From: Octopus sinensis
Taxonomy: Eukaryota
DNA length: 64,000 nucleotides
Assembly (NCBI RefSeq): GCF_006345805.1
Contig: NC_043000.1
Span: 132,680,001 to 132,744,000 of the forward strand
Direction of reading: 5' to 3'
A program made the translations under genes and the position numbers. Shown piece by piece: positions 49,687 through 61,800 of this stretch; within the stretch, counting starts at the first letter, position 1; every line of letters begins with the position of its first letter. Under the pieces are notes generated by a model, which saw only the letters and a program-made list of their open reading frames with translations, was not told the DNA's origin and did no database searches.

Positions 49687-50119
49687 CTGTAAAATAAAAC
49701 AGAAAAAGATCTTTGAGGTACTTTAATACACAATTGTCCTTTGTTATACAATAAACACTAGTAACTACTACATAATTTACAAAAAAGTTTAAAAATTAAG
49801 ATACTGAGTTTCTTGATGATCTCACTAGTACCAACATGATGTACAAAGCATTCAACACACTCTGTGAAGTGGTTGACATTAGAAATGGCATCCAGCTACA
49901 GAAAACATGCCTTGGTAGACACTGGAGCTCACCAACATCTATCCAACCATTAAACAAAGTTGTTGATGATGATGATGATGATACATTACATATATATTTC
50001 AACAAGAGAATGGATCCACCAAGCTGTAAAAACATGACATACACACATCAAAGATGGTTAGTTTTGTCTGTTGCTGTCTGGTTGATGAAAGATCACAATG
50101 AGTGTCTAGATGTTGTGAG

Positions 50120-51122
50120 ATTCATCCAACCCATTCCTTATCATTTAATGTCTGTTTTCCATGCTGGCATGGATTGGACAGTTTAACAGGAGCTGGCAAG
50201 CTGAAAGGCAGCACCAGGTTCCAGTCGTCTGTTTCTACAGCTAGATGCCCTTCCTAATGCCAACCACTTTACAGAGTGTACTGGGTGTTTTTTTATGTGA
50301 TGTCAACATCAGTTCCTTTTTTACACGGCACTGGCACAGCTCTCTTTATGTAGTGTCTACACAGGCACTTTTTACATAGCACTGGCATGATGTAGCATCT
50401 ATATTGGCTGCATCTAAAAACAGAGGTTATTCACAAAAGAAATCTAGTGCACCTTGTTATACAGTGCGTCCTGTAGTGTCATTATCACTGCTATGGCATC
50501 ATCATTATGTCTCTATGATTAAGGTAGTTTCGATTTACTATCTTCATCGTATAGGCCAGATATTATAATGGGAAGTCTTGCAATTTTATTCAGATCTCAA
50601 GACAACTGAGTAAACAATATCTTAATAGTAACTGCCATATAAAATTTTATGATGACAAGATCCCCTCTAATATTGACTTCTAAACAGTTTCTGCCGACCA
50701 TATTATCTCACAAGGTATTGGGTGTGTGTATGTATATAAATACCATAAGCCAGGACTGTTTCCTTGTAACTACACAACTATGCATGCATTCGGCACTTGT
50801 GCCAGTGGCATGTGAAAAACAACATTCGAGTGAGGTTGTTGCCAGTGCCGCTGGACTGGCTCCTGTACAGGTGGCACGTAAAAAACACCATTTGAGCGTG
50901 GCCATTGCCAGTACTGCCTGACTGGCTCTCGTGCCAGTGACATGTAAAAGCACCCAGTACACTCTCGGAGTGGTTGGCGTTAGGAAGGGCATCCAGCTGT
51001 AGAAACTCTACCAGATCAGATTGGAGCCTGGTGCAGCCATCTGGCTGGCCAGTCCTTAGTCAAACTGTCCAACCCATGCCAGCATGGAAAGCAGATGTTA
51101 AACGATAATGATGATGATGACA
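50120..51122. mobile_element. Two family D copies in opposite orientation (50120-50400 -, 50780-51122 +)
   Basis: Shared core and tails. Confidence 0.8.
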
Positions 51123-51239
51123 TGAGGACTTGTGGTGTTGATGGTGAATTGTAGGCATAACCTTTGTATATTGTCTTGTGTGTATGGTTTACTAAACATA
51201 ATCATAAAGAAAGTTCAAGAATAAAAGCTTTTTTTTTAC

Positions 51240-51333
51240 CTGAAAAATTTTGGAATAAGCGCACATAACTGACAAATCTATTTTGATGTAACCATGTCGT
51301 GACATCTTGAGCAGTTGCTTCCCCTGTAAGAGC
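51240..51333 (-). CDS. TFCP2: TFCP2/LSF-like, SAM-like domain exon ALTGEATAQDVTTWLHQNRFVSYVRLFQNFS(G)
   Basis: Matches the CP2-family motif WLHRNRF..F.RLF.NFSG. Acceptor tttcttctatag, donor gtaaaa. Confidence 0.93.
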
Positions 51334-51634
51334 CTATAGAAGAAAGGAAATAGATCAAGTCAGAAATATTTAGCATACATACAACTTTCTTTTAATACCA
51401 AACTACAAATCAACTTGTAAAAAAAAAACACAGTCAAAATAGTGAAAATTATCAAACTGGTAATGGTATTTTACTCAGGCATGGAAGCAAAATCTGAAAG
51501 AACCTTAAAGTAAACTTAACCAAGAGTTAACCCTCTCAAACCTGAGCCCCAGTGTTTAACTTTACCCTCCGCCTGGACTCCTGAGCAAAAAAAAAAAAAA
51601 AAAATTGTTGCATATACAACAATTGTAGTTGTGA

Positions 51635-51963
51635 TACCCGTGCTGGTGGAACATAAAAAGCACCATCCGAACGTGGCCGATGCCAGCGCCGCCTTGACTG
51701 GCGTCCGTGCCGGTGACACGTAAAAAATACAAACCAATCGTGGCCATTTGCCAGCCTCCCCTGGCCCCTGCGCTGGTGACACGTAAAAAGCACCCACTAC
51801 ACTCATAGAGTGGTTGGTATTAGGAAGGGCATCCAGCTGTAGAAACACTGCCAGATCAGACTGGAGCCTTTTGCAGATTCCTGGCTTCCCAGACACCGGT
51901 CGAACCATCCAGCCCATGCTAGCATGGAAAACGGACATTAAACGATGATGATGATGATGATGA
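51635..51963 (+). mobile_element. Family D copy with three 5' modules
   Basis: Repeated ggcacgtaaaaagcacc module, core and (GAT)n tail. Confidence 0.85.
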
Positions 51964-52249
51964 CAACACAAGAGTAACAATTACAGGCAAACTAATGGAC
52001 AGAATCAGTTGCATCTGTTTCTATGCATGTTGTTCATTACTGCTTTACCAGGAATCCAGCAGAGATAATGTTTAACCTATTCCCACTACAGCAGGAATAT
52101 GGCATGAATAGGTTAAGTTATGCTAAATGGGAAAGAAGATAAGAATTTGCTGCCATCGAGGAAATGATTGTGCTCAATAGGCTGAGAAGGAATTGGCAGA
52201 AATACCAGTGTGCTTAGTATAAACAGTGGACATACAAGAGATGTGGAGG

Positions 52250-52560
52250 AAGCATAGGTAAGTCAGCAGCAAAAGGTTGCATACATATGGGACAGGTATA
52301 CAGTATGAAAAGCAAATAGGAAATAGATTCTTTCAACAGCTTAGAAGGCTCCCTAGAAGAAGTCAATAATTTCTGCTATGTAGGTGAACTGATTAGTATA
52401 GGGATTTGCTCTAGAAGCAGAACAAGTTGGAAAACGTTCAGAGAGTTAAGACTTCTGCTGGCAATAAAGGGCTTTTCCAACAAGGTGAAGAGCACTGATG
52501 ATGGTTGTAGGTGAAATGAAATGCTACATGTGAGTGAGGTGAAATGAAATGTTACATGTG
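52250..52560 (+). mobile_element. Decayed RTE LINE RT fragment (intronic)
   Basis: LEEVNNFCYVGELIS...SWKTFREL..LLAIKGFS..VK. Confidence 0.55.
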
Positions 52561-52699
52561 AGTGAAATTGGTAGACAGAAACTGAAGAAGCGGCGAGCTG
52601 GCAGGAACATTAGCACACCGGGTGAAATGCTTAGCAGTATTTCGTCTGCTGTTACGTTCTGAGTTCAAATTCCACCGGGGTCGACTTTGCCTTTCATCC
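52559..52699 (+). mobile_element. A/B SINE chimeric fragment (copy of 54951-55091)
   Basis: 134 of 141 positions are identical, including the A-to-B junction. Confidence 0.85.
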
Positions 52700-52796
52700 A
52701 AAGGGTTTACAATGACTAGAAAAATACTATGGGCAGGGAGAAGGAAAAAAAAATTAACAGTAAATTTCATGAATATATATAAAAGTACAAACTAAC

Positions 52797-52896
52797 TTGA
52801 AATACAGGTTCAGATGTTTCTGACGGTGGTTTCTGGTTAATGGATGGTGAAGGAACAGTCACAGATGTAGGAGAATTGAGACTGCTAGCAGATGAC
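52797..52896 (-). CDS. TFCP2: TFCP2/LSF-like, exon SSASSLNSPTSVTVPSPSINQKPPSETSEPVFQ, phase 2-0
   Basis: Acceptor ttttctttcag, donor gttagt, 100 nt. It encodes the Ser/Pro-rich linker before the SAM-like domain. Confidence 0.8.
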
Positions 52897-53266
52897 CTGA
52901 AAGAAAACAACTCTTAAATAGAAAAGGCTACCCCAAGCATATGTTTATGGTTGTAGCTTAAGAACAAGACAAAGTTTGACTCAGTTTCTTTTAATATGAC
53001 AAAAGTTAGCATTTAGTAAATTATATAGGCTAGGAAGGTAGGAATATTGAACATTCATTGTACCACTGCAATATCTAATCAACTTATATATATAAAAAAA
53101 AAAAACTCTTTGCAGTCATGTGGCTTGTTTGAAATAGGAGCCACAACTCCAAATGGTGTGAACCCTGCTTACATAAAAAGAATGGGTGGTCACAGTTTGA
53201 ATGCTTTTGATCAAAACATTCAATTGTTTGGACAACTGATGAGATTAGTAAAGTTGTGTTGTTTTC

Positions 53267-53562
53267 ATCATCATCATCATCATCATCGTTTAACGTCCGC
53301 TTTCCATGCTAGCATGGGTTGGACGGTTCAACTGGGGTCTGGCAAGTCCGAAGGCTGCACCAGGCCAGTCAGATCTGGCAGTGTTTCTACAGCTGGATGC
53401 CCTTCCTAACGCCAACCACTCCGAGAGTGTAGATACTCCGAGAGTGTAGAAAGATAAACCATGAGATTGGAGCCTGGTGCAGCCATCTGGTTCGCCAGTC
53501 CTCAGTCAAATCGTCCAACCCATGCTGGCATGGAAAGTGGACGTTAAACGATGGTGATGAAA
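53267..53562. mobile_element. Head-to-head family D pair (53267-53430 -, 53463-53562 +)
   Basis: Adjacent inverted 3' portions. Confidence 0.85.
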
Positions 53563-54084
53563 CCATGTTCGCAACAACTCTCCAACGGTCAGCTATAATG
53601 ATTGACTACATGGTTATCTTTCCTAATAGGATATTGGTTATGTAGCCCCAGCTTAGCCCTAAGCTGTAACCAACCTATCTTTTTAAGAATGTATCAGGAA
53701 GTACATTATCCAACATGCCTTTTGCATATTTAAGATGGTAGAGTGTGATTCATGAGATTAGGTTGCTATTTCTAGTAAGTCATGCAACCCTGTAAAGGCT
53801 CTCATGTTGTAATAGGTTTTTCTTGTTGTAATAGAGTGAACAATACCACTGAGAGTGTGATGTTTCTTCCACATATATTCTAATGTCAGCAATGGAATAT
53901 AAAACTTTTACCCTATGAACATTAGACTAATCTCCTGTAGACTTCAACAGCTGTAGATCTCATAACATGTTTCTTTCTATATCCAGTTTTGTTTTTTTAT
54001 GGATAAAATTAGATTGAAAGAGTAGGAATATTGTTGGACTTGGTCTAACCAGGGATACCAAAGTGAAATGGAATAAAATATTGA

Positions 54085-54406
54085 CCCGTGCCGCTGGCAC
54101 GTAAAAAGCACCATCCGAACGTGGCTGATGCCAGCGCCGCCATGACTGGCTTCTGTGCCGGTGGCACATAAAAAGCACCAACTGATCGTGGCCGCTGCCA
54201 GTCTCCCCTGGCCCCTGTGCCGGTGGCACGTAAAAAGCACCCACTACACTCACGGAGTGGTTGGCATTAGGATGGGCATCCAGCTGTAGAAACACTGCCA
54301 GATCAGACTGGAGCCTGGTGCAGCCTCCTGGCTTCCCAGACCCCAGTCAAACTGTCCAACCCGTGCTAGCACAGAAAACGGACGTTAAATGATGATGATG
54401 ATGATG
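54085..54406 (+). mobile_element. Family D copy with three 5' modules
   Basis: Three 62-67 bp units starting gtgccg(c/g)tggcac, then core and tail. Confidence 0.85.
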
Positions 54407-54601
54407 AATCCACTTTCTGTGACTGTGGAACTGTCCAAACCACAAATTATCTGCTGGTTTACCCATTATTGGAATCTCCTTGTTTTGTCAGATGTGACTG
54501 GTAGAGAAAGAGTTGAAACAGAGGTTGCATTGTATACACAATTCGGGACGGAACATCACACACACACACAAAGATATTGGAAAACATAATTGTGTTCTTA
54601 C

Positions 54602-54697
54602 ACTGAGGTATTTGAAGTTCCAATTTTCGGAGAACTAGTTTGAATGATGGCTGAATCTACTGTACATACTTGTTGTTGGCCTATGCCAAGTGGAGTC
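54602..54697 (-). CDS. TFCP2: TFCP2/LSF-like, exon TPLGIGQQQVCTVDSAIIQTSSPKIGTSNTS(V), phase 2-2
   Basis: Acceptor ttgtatttctag, donor gtaaga, 96 nt. It keeps frame between its neighbours. Confidence 0.75.
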
Positions 54698-54879
54698 CTA
54701 GAAATACAAAAGAGAAACAACAACATTAGTAACAGTCGCAGTATAAGTTCCAATTGTAAAAGTATTTTCCTAACTTAAGGTTTTCTTTTTTTCAATGAAT
54801 TGTTTGCAAATAAAGAAATGAACATTGCAAAAAAGATCTTGCTGGTTAAGTCCACCAAAAGATAATTTCTTACATGCAG

Positions 54880-55373
54880 GCATGGACATGTGGTTAAAAA
54901 GTTCAGTCCCACTGTGTGAGTGACATTAGGTACTGATGACCAGTACCTCATGAGTGAAATTGGTAGACAGAAACTGAAGAAGCGGCAAGCTGGCAGAAAC
55001 ATTAGCACGCCGGGCAAAATGCTTAGCAGTATTTCGTCTGCTGTTACGTTCTGAGTTCAAATTCCACCGGAGTCAACTTTGCCTTTCATCCTTTTGGGGT
55101 CAATTAAATAAGTACCAGTTACGCACTGGGGTCGATATAATCGACTTAATCCATTTGTCTGTCCTTGTTTGTCCCTTCTGTGTTGAGCCCCTTGTGGGTA
55201 ATAAAGAAATAGGTATTTCGTCTGCCATTCTATTCTGAGTTCAAATTCCATCGAGGTCAACTTTGCCTTTCAGGGTTGATAAATTAAGTACCAGTTACGC
55301 ACTGGGGTCAATGTAATCGACTTAATCCCTTTGTCTGTCCTTGTTTAGCCCCTTGAGGGCAATAAAGAAATAA
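54880..55373 (+). mobile_element. Decayed family A head interrupted by a family B dimer
   Basis: A fragment to about 54982, B dimer about 54983-55373. Confidence 0.8.
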
Positions 55374-56013
55374 GAAACCTATCAGATACAAATACTCCTA
55401 ATATCATCATTTAACATCCACATTTCATGCTGGCGTAGGCAGTGCATGCTTGTAGGAGTGAGTTTCTCCTAATCAAAAACAACAGCTTCACTATCAATAA
55501 AGGCGGTGTTGTATGCTTCCAGTCAACCACAAAAGCATATCTGAGTTTCTTGATACATCTCGAAATATTGTGCAATCTTTGTAAGCAAAAAGGCTTGTAA
55601 ATATGTCCAGGCTGTTTGTTGTTTGACAGACAAGGGTTTTATTCCTTTGCTTGGAATGGCAACAGGAAGGCATCTGGCCATACAAAATCTATCATCACCC
55701 TGAACCCAACAAGCATGGAAAAGTGGATGATGATGATAAAGATTCTTAGTAAATATTTCCTAGACAGTTGTATGTGTGGAATTCATGTTAAAACCAAAGG
55801 CAGATGTAATAAAGTAAGCAATGGTGGATGTTTTATGCTTTTAGCATGAGTCAACTTGGCATTTCATCCAAAGTTTGACTATAAAATTAATACTAGTATA
55901 TTAAGATTAACTCAACCAACTATGTTTCCTCTCACATGAGTTTAAAATGTATCAAATGAAAAACAAAAATCATTAGTGCTAATATTAATCTCCACATTTC
56001 ACTTTTTCTTAAT

Positions 56014-56222
56014 ACTCTCTTTTTACTTGTTTCAGTCATTTGACTGCGGCCATGCTGGAGCACAACCTTAAATCGAGCAACTCGACCCCTGGACTTTTTC
56101 TTTGTAAGCCCAGTACTTATTCTATCAGTCTCTTTTGCTGAACCGCTAAGTGATGGGGACATAAACACACCAGCATCGGTTGTCAAGCAATGCTAGGGGG
56201 ACAAACACAGACACACAAACAA

Positions 56223-56269
<47 letters not shown>

Positions 56270-56441
56270 CATATATACGACGGGCTTCTTTCAGTTTCCG
56301 TCTACCAAATCAACTCACAAGGCTTTGGTCGGCCCGAGGCTATAGTAGAAGACACTTGCCCAAGGTGCCACGCAGTGGGACTGAACCCGGAACCATGTGG
56401 TTCGTAAGCAAGCTACTTACCACACAGCCACTCCTGTGCCT
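56014..56441 (-). mobile_element. SINE family A (intronic)
   Basis: Full-length copy. Confidence 0.9.
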
Positions 56442-56859
56442 AATATATATATATATATATATATTCTCAATAGTTTTTGTTAATATATTTTTACTTTCAC
56501 AAACATTAATTGAATATTACTGGAACTTGACATATATTACTAAACTAGAGATGAATGATGAAAACTTTGCCTTTGGCAACCTATTTATATCTTCAGTTAA
56601 ACTGTTTACATTGCTCCAGCTTGGCTAGAAAATAGATATACTTCTCACCTTGCCATGAAGTGAAGTGTTGGAGTTAAGAATGGAGTCTAAGCATGAAGAA
56701 TAAGCTATAAAATTCATGAAAATATCTGAATCTTTAGAAACCTCTAACCGATGCCTGCATGTAAAAATATATTACTGCATATGCTTTATATGCACTTTTG
56801 ACAAGTTGTGATGCACCTGAGCACTGTATACAATAATTTCATTATTATTTTTTTATTAG

Positions 56860-57320
56860 CCTCGCCTGGCCCCCGTGCCGGTGGCACATAAAAAGCACCA
56901 TACGATCGTGGCCGTTTGCCAGCCTCGTCTGGCACGTAAAAAGCACCCACTACACTCACGGAGTGGTTGGCGTTAGGAAGGGCATCCAGCCGTAGAAACA
57001 TTGCCAGATCAGACTGGGCCTGGTGCAGCCTTCTGGCTTCCCAGACCCCAGTTGAACCGTCCAACCCATGCTAGCATGGAAAGCGGACGCTAAACGATGA
57101 TGATGATGATATCATATTTACTCATGTCATCATCATCATTTAACATTCATTTTCTATGCTCACATGGGTTGAACAGTTTAACAAAAGTTGGCAAGCCAGA
57201 GGGCTACACCAAGCTCCAATTATCTGATTTGGCATGGTTTCTATGGCTAGATGCCCTTCCTAATGCCAACCACTTTATAGAGTATACTGGTTACTTTTTA
57301 CATGGCATCAGCAGGTATGT
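56860..57320. mobile_element. Tail-to-tail family D pair (56860-57110 +, 57125-57320 - decayed)
   Basis: Shared core, inverted. Confidence 0.8.
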
Positions 57321-57409
57321 ATACCATATATGCTCTGTAATTACTCAAGTAAATTGCTCTCCTAATTTGGTGTTAGATCTTGGAACAAAACTTTTTCCTT
57401 CCATATTTT

Positions 57410-57720
57410 TAAAAAAAACCAAATTCATTATCTTCAATTTGGTTTTTGTGCCTATCCTCACCTATGATGGTCATGAATGTAGAGTAATGACCAAAAGAGT
57501 ACAATTGCGAATACAAGCAGCTAAATGAGGTTCCTCTCAAGGGTCTCTGGAGTAACATTAAGTCAATGAGGTGTGTAGCTTGGAGACCAGGGAGTCTTTC
57601 CAGATCAAGCCACTACTTCTCCACACTGAGAGGTCACAGCTCCAGTACTACAGACATGTGATTAGAAAGTCTAAGGAAAAAAATTGCAAGACAGATTCTT
57701 CAAACCAAGCAGGAGATCTA
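57410..57720 (+). mobile_element. RTE LINE C-terminal fragment (intronic)
   Basis: KTKFIIFNLVFVPILTY..HEC.VMTKRVQLRIQAA and IKPLLLHTERSQLQYYRHV. Confidence 0.75.
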
Positions 57721-57740
57721 GGAGCAGACAAAAAAACAAG

Positions 57741-57780
<40 letters not shown>

Positions 57781-57796
57781 CTTATATATATATATA

Positions 57797-57990
57797 TATC
57801 AACCACTCCGCGAAAAACACCCACTACACTCGCGGAGTGGTTGGCATTAGGAAGGGCATCCAGCCGTAGAAACACTGCCAGATCTGACTGGGCCTGACGA
57901 AGCCTTCCAGCTTCACAGATCCCAGTTGACCCGTCCAACCCATGCTAGCATGGAAAGTGGACGCTAAATGTTGATGATGATGATGATGAC
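57797..57990 (+). mobile_element. Family D copy
   Basis: Core and (GAT)n tail. Confidence 0.85.
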
Positions 57991-58325
57991 CTTGACCAAC
58001 CAGTCCGTCAGGCATCCATTTGACACCGCTGGTCACAGCACGCTGTCCACTCCTCTCTGGATCACGCCTTTCTCATCTACGTGATCCCAATCGTCCTCCT
58101 GAAATCGTAACTCCACCGTCGTGGAGGTCTTCCGAGTGGTCTTTTCCGCTCATGTGGGTACCACTCGACAACTGCGTGCGTCCACCGATTATCGGTGAGC
58201 CAGGCGACGCGTCCAGCCCATCTATACTTGCTGTGTGTATACTCTGCGATGACATCTCTCACGCCGGACTTCTTTCTGATGATCTTGCTACTTATGTGCT
58301 CTCTCAACGAGATACCAAGCATTGA
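57990..58325 (-). mobile_element. RTE LINE 3' end (second family)
   Basis: MLGISLREHISSKIIRKKSGVRDVI...KYRWAGRVA...RWT..VVEWYP..RKRPLGRPPRRW. It abuts the (GAT)n tail of a family D copy. Confidence 0.85.
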
Positions 58326-58699
58326 CCGGAAGAATATATATATAGTCTTGGTTGGTCATGTTTGGAAATCCAGCTGAGAGGACTCTGTAGAGGAGATACC
58401 TTAAGACTCTCCCAGGAATAGTGGATGGAGAAGATGAATGGATTCAGTTTTGTTCCATGTATAAGTTGCACCCCAGCCTTTTCAGTTAAAATCAAGTAAA
58501 AAATGGTGCAATATGGTAGTAATTATCCAGAGCTGAACATACTATAAGATATTGGTATAGCTAAAAACATTAATTACATAACATATTTGAAAACACAATG
58601 CTTTAAAATATATTTACCAACACAATCAATGGAAGTTAGTACAATGTGCAGAAGTTAAAAACAATGACAGGTTTACAGCAAATATACCAAATGACTAAC

Positions 58700-58803
58700 C
58701 TCACTTCTGACAAGGTGCTACTGTTGGATAGACTACTGAATGAAGCATCGGGGCTTAAGGCAAAACTGCTGAGTTGGGCATTGATGATTTGCTCCAAAGG
58801 AAT
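58700..58803 (-). CDS. TFCP2: TFCP2/LSF-like, exon IPLEQIINAQLSSFALSPDASFSSLSNSSTLSEV(R), phase 0-2
   Basis: Acceptor ctcttaacag, donor gttagt, 104 nt open. It is phase-compatible with the downstream exons and encodes a Ser-rich linker after the CP2 DNA-binding domain. Confidence 0.8.
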
Positions 58804-61800
58804 CTGTTAAGAGATAGAAAAATTTGAAAGGTTAGTAAAGACAAGCATCAACAGATTAATGTAATACATATAAATAAATTAATGAAGATTCCTTATTGAG
58901 GCACAAGGCCTTAAGTTTATCAAGGAAGAAAATAAAAATCTGACTTTCATGATTTTCCACATGATATTAGCAATGTAAGGTAAGGGAAACAGCTATAACT
59001 GGAAACTAAAACCAGATTTTAAACTTGGCTTGCCAAACTTTATGTCTAATCAAACACATATGCATGCACATTAAATAGTCTCTCATGTACCAGATATTAA
59101 AGCAACAGAAAGAACTAGCCTTTCAGATATTAATAAGAGATTGTAACTGAATAAATTCATATATTATCATGTTATCTTGTGAATGAAATTTTAGTATCCA
59201 ATACATCAGAATATATTCATATATATTGGCTGAAATTTTGAATAATAAATTCTTTGTAAATGGAAATTTAGTTTCCAATAAAACAGAATACCCAGAACCT
59301 CTTAATTGCAATATAAATAATCAAGAAGAATGGCTACAATATATCCTGTATCTATATATAGATAGAAACTGAAGCATCTTCACTTTTTGATAGGATTTCT
59401 CAGTATTACCAACAATTGGATGACTTTACTTTCTTATGATATAGGCCACATTATCATAATGTGGAAATGGTAATCAATTTCCAGTTATGAAAACAAAGAA
59501 CATAAGTTGAAAAGAGACCAAATTTGTTGAACACAATTTAACACACAGCTGTATATAGACTAAATGCTTATCTGAAAACTTTTCAAGAATTATTCAATAC
59601 AAAATTATTATTATTCCATAGCAACATAATATAACCATATCTGCATTTAAAGCCTGATTAGTAGAGCAGATTGATTAGCTTGGTATCAGATACTATAGAG
59701 GTTTAATATCAATTCTAAAACAGCATACGTAATTAGAGCAAAGACTCTTAGAGCAGGTCTGCTTCTCTGATGTCAGTCATATTATAAGCTAATAGATCCG
59801 ATTTCAAATTTAAACCAGCCCATTAAACAAAAATTAATCTGGCATATGAAAGATTTTAACATGCCTTAGTATCTTATTTTTCTGATTTCCATTCGTTATT
59901 TCATCATTTTTTAAATGATATTTCATACACTATACTACTCATCAAAATTAATAGCAGATGTAGAATGGTAAATTAAATTGAATAAATTTGTATTCAATTA
60001 GTGAATTAAAAGTTAATGAGAAAAGTGGCTGTGTGCCAAAAAAATAAATCAAAATAAGTAGAAGATTAATCAAAGGCTTGTTAAAATCGACAGTGTGTAA
60101 AGTTCTAAAAATGGAAGGGGTGCTAACAAGTTTAATTTTTATTAGCTGAAGATTTTAAATGTCAATATATAAATATCAAAAAACTAAAATATTTGTTTTA
60201 CTCTATAGCTTCAGGTTTTAGAAGTTTAATATATAAACTGAAATTTAAATCAGAACTATTATTGACATTTTTAATGTCTCTTTACAGTCTTAGAGCTGGT
60301 GCTGCAATAAAATACTGCCAGCACACTGTACAGAGGTTGGCAAATGAATGGAGATGACACAGGGTTGAGAGGACCCTTTAGTTTTGTTGAAGACATGTCA
60401 ACTTCTGTAGCACCAGTGCTACAACAAAATGCACCCAGTAGACACTGTAAAGTGGATGGTGATAAGAAGGGCTTCCAGCTATAGAAAATAAGCTAAAAAT
60501 GAAACATGAGCAAAATGTGGTCATTTTAACCTATCTAGGAAGGCAGTAACTTTAAGAACTGACTTGGAACATGACAACACACCCTGCTCATGACAGCATG
60601 GAAAGTAGACATAAATTGGTCATGATAATGATTAAAGAAGGAGCTGCAACACTTTTCATATTGTTTACTCTCTCTAAATCTTGTCTATTTCATGTAAATC
60701 CATCTCTCTTAAGTAACCCTATAATTTTTTTCCAGCAAGTTCTTATTTACCAGCAAGATCTCATCACATCTCCATTGCACTTTTCAACATTTTAACCAGC
60801 TACTTTAGCTCAATTTAAATTAGCATCTTTAATTCACATAACATAGTTGATGGATATCACCATTCTCCTGTTGTACAGTATAATATATAAAAGATAATTC
60901 CTGGATTGGCAAGATAGCAAACATTCAATAAAAGACATCAACTTTTTCATGCTGGAATGGTTAAACGTACACTTCATATAAAGCCATCACACTTTAAATA
61001 CAGCCATTTCACGATCAATCACACCCTTGAGTAAATATTTAAATAAAAGATGATGCTGATCAATCTCCCAGCAATGCCAGCCCCAGATATTTTATATAAG
61101 ATTTGAAGATTTGATTCCCATAGAGGACAGCTAGCTAACATGTTAAGAAAATAATCCATGAGTGGACTTAATAACATTCACATTAGTATGAAACATTTAA
61201 AATGAATGAAGGTAAACTGATTACAACAAAGTTGAAGAGTTAATAGGAAATTTATTTTAAAGATTTTAAAAGAAAAGAGACAAAGACATGTCTAAAATGG
61301 TATCTTCAATGCAAAATAAAGGAGCTGATTTCAACCATTTTGGAAATAAAGTTTTGTTCTTAGAAACAAAATAATTTGCTTCAATTTCCAACTTTCAATG
61401 AATAAAATGACAAACATTTATCAAAATATCATTAAAACCAACAAAATCTTCATCGTTCTAATAAATGTTCCAAAGTAATTTCAGGAAATACAAATACCCT
61501 ATCCAACCTACATTATTAATTTTATTTATTTATAAATACATCACAACATGCTGTTTCATGTGTCTACAGCTGTGAATAGAATGTACTGAAATTCCAAAAT
61601 TTACTGTATAAGAAACTATATTAGGAATATATTTTAACACTAGGAAAGATTGCTGATTTTCAATTTTAAAAATGCACATCTAGCAAGATCCTCTCAGGAA
61701 CAGAATGCTTTTATAGTGCTTCCATTAGAATTTCATGATATGTAACAAACAACCAAAATGATATAGATGTATGCTTTAATGGAAGCTTTCAGAATAAATC

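Noticed and set aside
54085-54260. Regularly spaced about 20-bp repeats with variable spacers (CRISPR-like appearance)
   Set aside because: These are the internal modules of family D retroposons. The spacers are homologous between copies, there are no cas genes and the context is eukaryotic.
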